Shown here piece after piece: positions 1 through 8,485 of a stretch of 24,408 nt of DNA. Location: the IMG/VR virus record IMGVR_UViG_3300035427_000001, one strand, 5' to 3'. Origin of the DNA: an uncultured virus (IMG/VR IMGVR_UViG_3300035427_000001). Taxonomy: Duplodnaviria > Heunggongvirae > Uroviricota > Caudoviricetes. The notes beneath the pieces were generated by a model that had not been told where the DNA came from, made no database searches, and saw only the letters and a list, made by a program, of their open reading frames with translations. Within the stretch, counting starts at the first letter, position 1; each line of letters begins with the position of its first letter. A program made the translations under genes and the position numbers.

Positions 1-762
1 AGCTTCTAAGAAACCAACCATACCACAAATCTCCATGATATGTTTGAAGTTAATCTTCATATCATTTTGTCCTTTGAGAGAATCCAATGCAGGCATAAAT
101 GGAGGAACTCCATAAGGTTCATCGGTATCATTGAACATACCAACATAGAAGTAGGTTTCTGGGTTAAGCTTAATGTAATCTTGTTGCTTAACAAAGAAAT
201 TTATATTCTTTTGGTAAGGAGCATACACCCCATTTAATTCACGTTTAAACTTGATGTGTTCTGGCTTAAGGAATAATACAGTAGCCAAACCATCAAGCTT
301 ATCATTTGGTACTCCTTCTACGGATATTGCCCCACTTACAAGAAGTTGAACAATCATTTTATTAACTAAACCATCTATACCAGCAGTATATCTGGTCCAT
401 CCCTTGGTGGCTTTCTTAAGATGTTCTCTCATCTTTGAAGCCTCTTCATCGGTATTATTAGGGAAAGTTACTGTATGACTGGTGTTAGCTAACTTAAACA
501 TATCTTGCAATGCGATGCCCATATCAGGATTTACTTTATATAAATCCCGAATTAAAGGTATCACATCAACACGAAAAGAGGGTTCAACTAATTTAGTCAA
601 CCCTTGTAATGATGTAATTAAGTTATCGCTATCATCGTCAACTGAAACCCTACCAGGCGAAATCGATGTGGCAGGCTTCTCCTCTTTATTAGAGGATGTA
701 CCATTCTTGGGAGGGTTCTTCTTACGTCCCCAACCCCAACTAAAATTGAAGTACTTTTTCAT
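1..762 (-). CDS. Phage portal protein, N-terminal part (runs off the window edge)
   Basis: Open minus-strand frame absent from the ORF track (MKKYFNFSWGWGRKK...LYKVNPDMGIAL...QLLVSGAISVE...DEPYGVPPF). Starts with an ATGA overlap on the terminase stop. Position after TerL and the YGxPP motif are typical of portals. Confidence 0.8.
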   Translation of the reverse strand, partial: MKKYFNFSWGWGRKKNPPKNGTSSNKEEKPATSISPGRVSVDDDSDNLITSLQGLTKLVEPSFRVDVIPLIRDLYKVNPDMGIALQDMFKLANTSHTVTFPNNTDEEASKMREHLKKATKGWTRYTAGIDGLVNKMIVQLLVSGAISVEGVPNDKLDGLATVLFLKPEHIKFKRELNGVYAPYQKNINFFVKQQDYIKLNPETYFYVGMFNDTDEPYGVPPFMPALDSLKGQNDMKINFKHIMEICGMVGFLEA

Positions 763-2261
763 CTTGGTTGTACGATTACGTTAGTTTTTCCTTTCCTTAT
801 GTGATTACATATTGCTTTTCCAAAGATATCATCATCGGCATATACATCTCCTTCAAGGTCTACGTCTACCGCTGAATTGTTAGCCCTATGTTTACCCATT
901 GCAACAGGTCTACCTAAACCATCATAAATGAAGGTATAAGCTTCTTGTACAAAGAATGGGTCCTTAATGATTACATGATCTAATCGAATATCTTCTTCCA
1001 AGTTCTCTATTATCACTGAACGATTCTTTTGGGTGGTTAACCAACCAGGGGATTTATCCATTTCAGGTCTACTTTTACCTTTTTTCTTTAGCATCTTCTG
1101 GTAGTAGTAAAGGTTAGGGTAGCCTTCGTCTTGAAGCTTAGAAGTTACTGATAAACCAACGTCATTGGATTCTGGAGCTATTACTGCCCAGTTAAACAAC
1201 TTCCCAGTATCACCAAGTAACTTAGCATAAGCTCCCACTGCCATTCTTCCCTTATATACTACTTGTTCTTCTCCTAGCTTATCCATACAAGTAAATGAAG
1301 AGTAGTCAGAAGCTCTACCAGTTGAAACGTCTGCCCCAATGAAATATTCTTTATCTGATTCGGGTTCACAGAATTGTCGGTATTGACCATTAAATCTCTT
1401 CTTAATAACTGGGTAATCGCTAAGGCAGTCTTCGATAGCTTTAATATCGGCTAAGTCGAAGACTGTATTACCAGATGATAAGAAGTCACCATCAATTTCT
1501 TGTGCAGTTCGTTTTGCTCCCAAAGCAGAAGACATTTGGTTATACCAATTGATATCTCGTTCTGGGTGCATTTGCCAGTATAATCGAATTGGGTTAAAAG
1601 GATTACCTCCTGCAATGGCATCTACCCAAGTTGAGTGATAGAAATTACCAACTCCATAGGGAGTGGAATTGACGATGGCAGCTCCACCAGTGGAAAGAGT
1701 AGGAAATGCAGCAGCCCAAATTTGAGCAGCCCATCTTACTACTGCTGCCTCGTCAATTACCAGAAGAGAAAGGGATTCCGAACGACCAGCTTCGGATGAT
1801 GTCGGAATAGATTCAATAAATGACCCATTATCAAATTCTATCATGGAAGCAGAACCGTATTCTCCAGCTCTACCATTGATTATGGGAGTTTGAAGGTACC
1901 ATGGAAGATTCTTGTACATGAACTTAATCTTCTTAAGCACCTTCTTAGCAGTTGTGTCTTTGATAGAGATAATGTTTATCTTTTTGTTGGGATGGTACAT
2001 CGCCAACCAAAGACAGTACATAGAAATAAGTTCTGTAATTCCTGCCTGACGGAATTTGAGAATGATATTGAATCGTTGGGCAATGAAATTGTAGAGAACT
2101 GATTTCTGAAATGGGTATAAATCAAATCTTACCTTTCCTCTTACTGGATGTATCACATAGCAAAAAAGGCTAAAAAAGAAAACATCACTAGAAACTCGGG
2201 ATAGGTTTGATAGCTCCTCCCGAGTTAATGTAGTTCTAGTTTCTGAGATAGTCTTTGCCAT
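759..2261 (-). CDS. terL: Terminase large subunit (T4 gp17/Terminase_6-like)
   Basis: Q motif LYPFQ, deviant Walker A LKFRQAGIT, Walker B LLVIDEAA, motif III STPYG, RNase H-like nuclease acidic residues GADVSTG and DDDIF. Confidence 0.95.
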   Translation of the reverse strand: MAKTISETRTTLTREELSNLSRVSSDVFFFSLFCYVIHPVRGKVRFDLYPFQKSVLYNFIAQRFNIILKFRQAGITELISMYCLWLAMYHPNKKINIISIKDTTAKKVLKKIKFMYKNLPWYLQTPIINGRAGEYGSASMIEFDNGSFIESIPTSSEAGRSESLSLLVIDEAAVVRWAAQIWAAAFPTLSTGGAAIVNSTPYGVGNFYHSTWVDAIAGGNPFNPIRLYWQMHPERDINWYNQMSSALGAKRTAQEIDGDFLSSGNTVFDLADIKAIEDCLSDYPVIKKRFNGQYRQFCEPESDKEYFIGADVSTGRASDYSSFTCMDKLGEEQVVYKGRMAVGAYAKLLGDTGKLFNWAVIAPESNDVGLSVTSKLQDEGYPNLYYYQKMLKKKGKSRPEMDKSPGWLTTQKNRSVIIENLEEDIRLDHVIIKDPFFVQEAYTFIYDGLGRPVAMGKHRANNSAVDVDLEGDVYADDDIFGKAICNHIRKGKTNVIVQPR

Positions 2262-2264
2262 TAC

Positions 2265-2876
2265 TTAAAAGTTATACGTTATTTGAAATTCGATGTCAGT
2301 ACCTATACCAGATTTTATCTTCGGGTAGTAAAAGGTATTGACTCCGAATTTGTAATTAAATCTCTTAGTCTTGATTGAAAGGCCAGCTCCCATATCGAAG
2401 AAATTATTGGAAGGTCTGTATTTGCCATAGACGTATGGGCTAAGTGATAACCTTGCAACTTTCTTTCGAGTTAATTGACCTTCATACCAGTTGTAGTTGT
2501 ACTTATCTAAGTCGATTGGGAATAGTCTAGTTGAATAAGTGTTAGTCTCCTTATTAAACAGACTTAAGTTCAGCTTATCTTTCTTCAAAACAATTTGAAC
2601 CAGGGAATCTTGGTTACTGATAACTGGCTGCCTTAGCATGGAATCAGGAAAGAGAGTTGGCTGCTTATTATCATGAACTAAGATTTTACCTGGTTCAACT
2701 TTTTCTGAGTACTTCTTCTCTGGTTTGAAAGGTTTCTCTGTGTATACTGTATCTGGTATTTCATTGACCGCTTGATTCAGGGAGTAAACTTCTCGAGTCA
2801 GTTTGTAATTCCTGAAGCAAAGGTAAATAGTAAATCCTAGAAGTACAATGAACAAGGCCCTTTTTAAATTCTTCAT
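2265..2876 (-). CDS. Membrane-anchored protein with C-terminal amphipathic beta strands (spanin-like candidate)
   Basis: N-terminal basic residues then TM helix ALFIVLLGFTIYL, a short coiled coil, and a C-terminus of beta strands ending IEFQITYNF. ATG at 2876 preferred over TTG at 2882. Confidence 0.55.
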   Translation of the reverse strand: MKNLKRALFIVLLGFTIYLCFRNYKLTREVYSLNQAVNEIPDTVYTEKPFKPEKKYSEKVEPGKILVHDNKQPTLFPDSMLRQPVISNQDSLVQIVLKKDKLNLSLFNKETNTYSTRLFPIDLDKYNYNWYEGQLTRKKVARLSLSPYVYGKYRPSNNFFDMGAGLSIKTKRFNYKFGVNTFYYPKIKSGIGTDIEFQITYNF

Positions 2877-2924
2877 GTTCAAAAATTTTAGGAAGTTCGC
2901 ACGCTTTAATGATACTATCTATTC

Positions 2925-2967
2925 GGTAATCGCTAAGCGATTACCTTTATCGAACGAAGTGAGATAA
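2925..2967. repeat. Two adjacent hairpins in an AT-rich spacer
   Basis: GGTAATCGC-TAA-GCGATTACC (2925-2945), then TTATC-GAACGAAGTGA-GATAA (2947-2967). Confidence 0.8.
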
Positions 2968-3117
2968 TATCCAAATATACTACTTACGATATGATATATG
3001 AATAGCTATATATACGCAGATAAATATATAGATATATATACGTAGTATATTATATATCTATATATTTCAAGGCACCCCAGAAACTTATATATAAGACTTT
3101 ATATATAAAGCTGAAAC

Positions 3118-4167
3118 TCAAGGTTTCTTGGTATTTGCCTTTTTGAGGCATTCCTTAAACCAATAACCTATTTCACCTACTGCCCCTTTGGCAATTGTAT
3201 ATCTTGCCTTGTTAAGCCAATAATGGTAATCCTTAAAATCACCCTCGAAGGTATCACCATCTTTGTGAAGGTAAATTTCGAATTTATCGGGGAATCCCAT
3301 AATTGCCTTGAAATCCTCTATTCCCAAAGGGTAGCCATCGGGTCTAAATTGCCTATCTGCAGGTCTGAGAGTTAAGGGAGGTTTATCATACTCCAATCGA
3401 TACACTCCTGGAAGAGTACTCATCTTTGCAGTTTTGATAGGCCACTTCTTTTCATTCTTGAAATCCCTAACCCAGAGCCTATGTATCTTTGCTACTGTGA
3501 GATTCTTCTTCTCTGGAAGCTTTCGATAATCATACATTGCCAGAGTTTTACTCATAAACGGGATCTGGTTAGTATTATTTTCCTGAGAGAATGTGAGTGG
3601 TTTTAGTAGATTTCTAGTAGTTGTTGGAGTTTTTACTTGAAATACTTCATCGAAAGCATTCAAATATTTCTTACCCGTTTTTCTATGTACTCCAATGATA
3701 AGTAATCTCTTTCGTGATAACTGTGAGTTACCGTAGTCAGAAACGCTTCTTTCGTGAAAAATAAGTTTATAGTCTTCAAGAGTTTTTTGAAGATATTCTT
3801 TTGGGAGCAAAGATAGCAAACGAGGTAAGTTTTCAATAAGAAATATCTTAGGTTTATAATGTAAGATTGATTGAATTACTAGATTCAGGGATTTATTCTC
3901 TTGGGGATTGCCCAATTCTTTTACTTTTGAAAGCCTCATAATAGAAGATGCTCCACAGTCTGGACTTGAAAGTATGATGTCTGGCTTACAATCTGGGAAG
4001 GTTTCATCTTTATAATATGGTATACCACCAAAGTTCAATTTCCACTGCTCTAAGCCTTTAGTATAAAATACTCCTCGAGTTTCTATATTAGCTATCAAAT
4101 TCTTTCTAAAAGGGAACAAAAGGATGCCTGCACCAGCAGACACCCCTAATACTTTTAATTTTTTCAT
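3118..4167 (-). CDS. Divergent C5-cytosine DNA methyltransferase
   Basis: Motifs in canonical order: I GVSAGAG, IV SSPDCG, VI FLIENLP, VIII YGNSQLSRKR, IX AIMGFPD, X AKGAV. Confidence 0.8.
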   Translation of the reverse strand: MKKLKVLGVSAGAGILLFPFRKNLIANIETRGVFYTKGLEQWKLNFGGIPYYKDETFPDCKPDIILSSPDCGASSIMRLSKVKELGNPQENKSLNLVIQSILHYKPKIFLIENLPRLLSLLPKEYLQKTLEDYKLIFHERSVSDYGNSQLSRKRLLIIGVHRKTGKKYLNAFDEVFQVKTPTTTRNLLKPLTFSQENNTNQIPFMSKTLAMYDYRKLPEKKNLTVAKIHRLWVRDFKNEKKWPIKTAKMSTLPGVYRLEYDKPPLTLRPADRQFRPDGYPLGIEDFKAIMGFPDKFEIYLHKDGDTFEGDFKDYHYWLNKARYTIAKGAVGEIGYWFKECLKKANTKKP

Positions 4168-4607
4168 TTCTTGTAGCTTCTCAATTTAATGTATTTAATC
4201 CAAGCAAATGGCTTACGGTCTTCCAAATAACTCAGATTCTTATCATTATTGTGGGCTTCTTCTTCGAAACTTACATCATGATATCTTTCGTTCTGTTTAT
4301 CCCACTTGGCAAAGCACAGGATAATTAGGTATTCGATAACATACCAAAGGTAGAAGAATCCAAAAGTCAGAGCCACTACCCACCAAAAGGATATACCAAA
4401 TGATAACCAGAGTATGATACCAAGTACTAAACCCACTATACTACATTCAATCTGTTGTACCTGATGAATACACTCATGATTGATATCATCAGGTTTACAC
4501 TCTTCTACTTTGTGTTTGAAGAATGAGTTATACACCAGAGTAATTGCTTTGTAACTGGGGAAAAGAAATACTTTTGCTACCCAGCTGTTAAAATGACATC
4601 TTTTCAT
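4164..4607 (-). CDS. Membrane protein with HExxH zinc-metallopeptidase motif
   Basis: NHECIH followed by two hydrophobic helices and a downstream SFEEEA (possible third Zn ligand). ATGA overlaps with both neighbours. Confidence 0.65.
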   Translation of the reverse strand: MKRCHFNSWVAKVFLFPSYKAITLVYNSFFKHKVEECKPDDINHECIHQVQQIECSIVGLVLGIILWLSFGISFWWVVALTFGFFYLWYVIEYLIILCFAKWDKQNERYHDVSFEEEAHNNDKNLSYLEDRKPFAWIKYIKLRSYKK

Positions 4608-5200
4608 AATTTATCTTTGAAGTTTTCGTAAGCATTTCTTAGTTTTTGGTCGTAGGCATTCTGGGCATACCCAGGACCATTGTATTTTCTGGCAAAGCCA
4701 GCCCAGTCCTTTTCTTTGAGATTACTCAAACAACCAGAGTTTTTCATGAAATAATACATGAGTTCTAGTTGATTTGCATGAGATTCCGACATCTTATGAA
4801 CGAATTCGAAGACATCTTTACATTCACAGAGGTTGTGATTGAACCCACAAATCTGGAACATTCCCCAACTTGCAGACTTCAATGCACATTCTTCGTCAAT
4901 TTCTTTGGCTAATTCGAGTCTCTTATACTCGTGTACACCTCCCAAATACTTCGATTTATCCCATTTAGGGAAGAAAATCGTAGAATATCTCTTACAAAGG
5001 TAAGCTAAATCTCTGTCAGGGAATTTCTTATGTACTTCTTTGTACATAATGTGACCCTCAAAGAGGATTTGAGGCCTACCATCAGCTAAAAACCCATCTC
5101 TACCTGCTGCTTCTACCAATTGAACAGCTTTCAATAGAGCAGGTTCTAGACCTAAGCGAATAGCAAGGTCTTTAATCATTTCATTTGTTAGTTTATCCAT
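4604..5200 (-). CDS. Endolysin, N-acetylmuramidase (DUF3380/Muramidase family)
   Basis: Family motifs AVQLVEAAG, RPQILFEGH, SASWGMFQICGFNH and FARKYNGPGY..YDQKL. Confidence 0.92.
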   Translation of the reverse strand: MDKLTNEMIKDLAIRLGLEPALLKAVQLVEAAGRDGFLADGRPQILFEGHIMYKEVHKKFPDRDLAYLCKRYSTIFFPKWDKSKYLGGVHEYKRLELAKEIDEECALKSASWGMFQICGFNHNLCECKDVFEFVHKMSESHANQLELMYYFMKNSGCLSNLKEKDWAGFARKYNGPGYAQNAYDQKLRNAYENFKDKL

Positions 5201-5310
5201 AACTTATCAGTTTTAATGGTTCAACTTTAGTAACAAAAGTATTGCTTATAACCCATTTTTAGGATGTTTCGAGGTTCTATTATCATATATAACTTATAAA
5301 ATAATGCAAT

Positions 5311-5808
5311 ATGGGCAAGAAAAATGAATGCCAGATATGTGGCAAACCCATTAATTTAGAGGAATTCGATGAAACTAGAGAGATTCCCCAACTTATGGCA
5401 AGAAAACAAGTTTGTTTTAAATGTGCTTTTTGGTTTAATCGATTAGCTTATGATAAAGAACTTGAAAAAGAGAAGAAAATTGCCGTAATTACTCCCGATT
5501 ATTCCCATTGGATAACTGGAATACCGGGAAGTATTCTAATGGTTCCTTCTGCTTTTGGAGGGATTTACCAAACTAAACTCCAACCAGTCAACACTCTTGG
5601 AGTTATTGATGAAGACCAAGAGAAACTTTTCATCATCCGTTATAATAACATCACTCATCAAGGCACTATACCAGAACATCTAAGAGATGCTTTTAAAGTA
5701 AACGGAATATTTCTATCTCCACAGGAATACAAAATGCTAGAGGATTACCGGGGTAATGCCTATGAATTTATTAAAAATAAAATAGATAATGCAATAAACA
5801 AAGAATAA
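5311..5808 (+). CDS. Hypothetical protein with N-terminal CxxC...CxxC zinc finger
   Basis: CQIC and CFKC pairs; A-rich translation start. Confidence 0.75.
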   Translation: MGKKNECQICGKPINLEEFDETREIPQLMARKQVCFKCAFWFNRLAYDKELEKEKKIAVITPDYSHWITGIPGSILMVPSAFGGIYQTKLQPVNTLGVIDEDQEKLFIIRYNNITHQGTIPEHLRDAFKVNGIFLSPQEYKMLEDYRGNAYEFIKNKIDNAINKE

Positions 5809-5813
5809 TTTCG

Positions 5814-5823
5814 TATATTTGCA
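5814..5823 (+). promoter_or_regulatory. Bacteroidetes-type -7 promoter element
   Basis: TATATTTGCA matches TAnnTTTG, upstream of the ATG at 5851. Confidence 0.75.
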
Positions 5824-5850
5824 TAAAGAAAATTTCTAAATAAAATAGAT

Positions 5851-6246
5851 ATGAAAAAAGAAAAGAAAGAAATCAAAAAGCTCAAAGAAGGTGATGAAGT
5901 TATCTTCGTATTATCAGGAAGACCCATCACAGAGAAAGTAACAGTAGAATCTATTGATAAGAAAGGGGGATTTGCAATGCTTAGTAACCGGGTAAAAGTT
6001 GCAAGAACTCTCGGTCCAGATAATACATATCCAAGATTGGATGGGCAAAAGGGGGAAGTTCTTCCTATTACGGAAGAGAATGAAAGAATATTCCTTGCAT
6101 ACAAGGCTTATTTCTCGATTAAGAGAAATATAGAATTCCTTGACAAGGAAATAAATGGTATGAAAGATACAGATGCTTCCAATATGATGATTGAATTTGA
6201 TAAGAAACTTACCAAGATTATTAACAAATACTTCAGAGAACAATGA
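5851..6246 (+). CDS. Hypothetical protein (SH3/KOW-like beta N-terminus, helical C-terminus)
   Basis: ORF follows a promoter; LKEGDEVIFV pattern. Confidence 0.75.
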   Translation: MKKEKKEIKKLKEGDEVIFVLSGRPITEKVTVESIDKKGGFAMLSNRVKVARTLGPDNTYPRLDGQKGEVLPITEENERIFLAYKAYFSIKRNIEFLDKEINGMKDTDASNMMIEFDKKLTKIINKYFREQ

Positions 6247-6434
6247 TTACGGTATTAGCTATAATTTACTTGGTATGTTTGCCATTCATGGTATTCTTTG
6301 TAAAGGTTTGCTTAGATTATTTACCGTACACTCATAGGATTCATTCCCTGATATTATTTATATCGGTATGGATAGTATTACCTCTATTTCCGATTTACCT
6401 ATTAACCAAGTACCTAAAACATAAGTTGCTATGA
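6243..6434 (+). CDS. Small two-TM membrane protein
   Basis: Two hydrophobic stretches; overlaps both neighbours by 4 nt. Confidence 0.7.
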   Translation: MITVLAIIYLVCLPFMVFFVKVCLDYLPYTHRIHSLILFISVWIVLPLFPIYLLTKYLKHKLL

Positions 6435-6730
6435 GATTCTTTTTTGATAGACACGGTGATTATGCTGGGACATCAATGCAAGGGTGGGAGATACTTCTCC
6501 TACTCTTATTCCCAGTTACTTTAATAATCTTCTTCGTATTCTTACCTTTCTTCATATTGTATAAATATGATTCTAGAGAAGAAGATAAAAAATACGAAGA
6601 AGAACATCCAGAAATACTAAAAGCAGATTCTTATATTACCTGCTGGTATCCCTGGCATAGATATTCTGTTGCATATACACTGGCTCTTATATTCTGGGTA
6701 ATTGCTTTTATAATTGGGATATTATCTTAA
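6431..6730 (+). CDS. Small two-TM membrane protein
   Basis: ILLLLLFPVTLIIFFVFLPFFIL and YTLALIFWVIAFIIGIL hydrophobic helices. Confidence 0.7.
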   Translation: MRFFFDRHGDYAGTSMQGWEILLLLLFPVTLIIFFVFLPFFILYKYDSREEDKKYEEEHPEILKADSYITCWYPWHRYSVAYTLALIFWVIAFIIGILS

Positions 6731-6743
6731 TACCCGTATTAAG

Positions 6744-7478
6744 TTATTTTTTACTTGCCCAATAAAAATTCAAATCTAATGGATATTTTTTAGTGGGGTT
6801 AAACCTACTGGAGAGTATAGGAGTATCATCGCTAACAGGGGGAGTTGAAACTTTTGTAAGAGTATAGGAACCCAATCCAGTTGTACTTATTGTAAAGTAT
6901 GAATTATCTGGTAAATCGTAGTTAGGACTAAAAGCATTACCCCTCTTATCGAGGCAGGACCAAGATAGCATGGGGGCATTTGCGGGGTATATACTAGCAA
7001 TAAGGACATCAATAGCATATCTATTTTGATTTACTACCCAACTCTTATATAGGTCACCATTAGCCATAGATCCACTTTCACCACTCATATTGGTGATAAC
7101 AAAGAAAAAAGCACTCATGTCTACTCCACTGAGGGGTATAGGATTAAAACGTATTTCCCAGAAGTCTTTTTCTTCAGGAGTAGTAATATTAAGATTTATT
7201 TTATTGCCAGATTCTTCTTGTGTAAGTACACAAATCCCAGAAATACCATCGGCTAATGCCCTAATCTGAATCTGATTGTTACCCTTGTCTTCTTCTAAAA
7301 GATATTTAGGGTTATTGATGCTAGCAGTATATCCAACCCCAATAACTCCGGACGATTTGCCATTTACATATTTAGTTTTCTGGGATTGGATATACCATCT
7401 CTCAGAGTTACCACTATTGATGGTAACAGATACATCTTGGGTGGATCTCTCCACTGATCTAAAGTTTATTATTTCCAT
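6744..7478 (-). CDS. Beta-rich protein with a BACON/Ig-like N-terminal domain (possible adhesin or virion decoration protein)
   Basis: N-terminal ~100 aa with SQKTKYVNGK...GYTASI...VLTQEESGNKINLNIT resembles BACON-type repeats of Bacteroidetes phages; S/T/N/G-rich C-terminus. Confidence 0.5.
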   Translation of the reverse strand: MEIINFRSVERSTQDVSVTINSGNSERWYIQSQKTKYVNGKSSGVIGVGYTASINNPKYLLEEDKGNNQIQIRALADGISGICVLTQEESGNKINLNITTPEEKDFWEIRFNPIPLSGVDMSAFFFVITNMSGESGSMANGDLYKSWVVNQNRYAIDVLIASIYPANAPMLSWSCLDKRGNAFSPNYDLPDNSYFTISTTGLGSYTLTKVSTPPVSDDTPILSSRFNPTKKYPLDLNFYWASKK

Positions 7479-7763
7479 ATTCTTTTAAGTTTGGTTTATA
7501 GAAAGAACTTTGATATTGTAATCTGCCAGAGGGATAAGGTGGATGAGAGCCAGGGATGTTTTATTCTCTGGTTTCTTTGTGTGTTATGTGGGCATGTGGG
7601 GTGTGGGATATCTGGGCATGCCTCTAATACGAAGAGTGATTTTTGTGGGGTACTAAAATATGTAATTTGCCTTCAAGGTACCCCTTATAGCGAAAGCCCA
7701 AAATCGTGGGGTACTAAAAACGGACTACGGTTCCGTTAAATTTAACATTTGAAAATAAAAAGT

Positions 7764-7791
7764 AAGGGACAAACATTTTTATTTGCCCCTT
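7764..7791 (-). terminator. Rho-independent terminator
   Basis: Minus strand AAGGGGCAAA...TTTGTCCCTT stem followed by ACTTTTTATTTT, just after the stop at 7801. Confidence 0.75.
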
Positions 7792-7800
7792 TGCTTTCTT

Positions 7801-7908
7801 TCAATCTTTAAATGTTTCGTTATCGTCTTTCAAAATTTCTTTTAAATCTTTATAGCATTGAATTGTTAAATAAGTTACACCAACAAATAAAAATATATTT
7901 AATAACAT
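7801..7908 (-). CDS. 35-aa single-TM peptide (not in ORF track)
   Basis: MLLNIFLFVGVTYLTIQCYKDLKEILKDDNETFKD*; A-rich leader and a terminator directly downstream. Confidence 0.65.
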   Translation of the reverse strand: MLLNIFLFVGVTYLTIQCYKDLKEILKDDNETFKD

Positions 7909-7927
7909 AGAATTTAATTTTTTAAGT

Positions 7928-7951
7928 GAGTAGGGAAATATTTCCCTACTC
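7928..7951. repeat. Perfect 24-bp palindrome
   Basis: GAGTAGGGAAATATTTCCCTACTC. Confidence 0.95.
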
Positions 7952-7961
7952 TAATTTGTTT

Positions 7962-8375
7962 TTACTTCAAAGAGTTTTTCACTACTTCAAGCCCTTTTAT
8001 TAGAATTGCTTTCTTTTCTTCTTTTGTGTTCTCTGATGCAATAGAATTAAATGAAAAATCATTTAAAACATAGACTTGTTTATAAAAGTCTATAAAACCG
8101 TCAATTAGTTTTTTATCTGCATTGTTTGCAATCGTTGAAAGAAAATTGAAAGTTACGTTTCTGAACTTTTTGCGTAACGATTTAATTTGTTTTTCGTTTG
8201 CACCCTCAAAAAGTTCTTTTTTGTAAATTTCTGTTTTTGTCCCTAAAGAAGTTTTGAAAAATCCTGCATTTTTTTCTTTTACGCTTTTCAATACGTCTAA
8301 AGCAATTAAACTATTTGCTTTTACGTTTGCACTTGCTTTTTCTGCACTCACTTTGTTAATTTGATTTTTTTCCAT
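7962..8375 (-). CDS. Basic hypothetical protein, probably expressed early
   Basis: 137 aa, Lys-rich, downstream of two full-consensus host promoters. Confidence 0.8.
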   Translation of the reverse strand: MEKNQINKVSAEKASANVKANSLIALDVLKSVKEKNAGFFKTSLGTKTEIYKKELFEGANEKQIKSLRKKFRNVTFNFLSTIANNADKKLIDGFIDFYKQVYVLNDFSFNSIASENTKEEKKAILIKGLEVVKNSLK

Positions 8376-8485
8376 AATAAAATGCTTGAAAGTTTTATTA
8401 TTAATTATTTTTATTACCTTTTCAAATAGACTCTCAAGACTTTTTAAACTATTCTAATAAGGTAGTATTTGTTTCATTTCTGTAT

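Noticed and set aside
40..784. + strand ORFs 40-237 and 482-784
   Set aside because: Antisense shadows of the minus-strand portal frame (1-762)
2030..2065. Terminase Walker A lacking the usual GK[ST] lysine (KFRQAGIT)
   Set aside because: Deviant Walker A motifs with Lys at the start of the P-loop are known in terminases; not a sign of inactivation
5234..5241. Minus-strand TACTTTTG upstream of the endolysin
   Set aside because: Fits TAnnTTTG but lacks the extended flanks and -33 element of the promoter family; may be chance in AT-rich DNA
7491..7739. 82-aa + strand ORF
   Set aside because: TTG start, and the Cys/Gly/Val-rich content just reflects G/T-rich non-coding DNA
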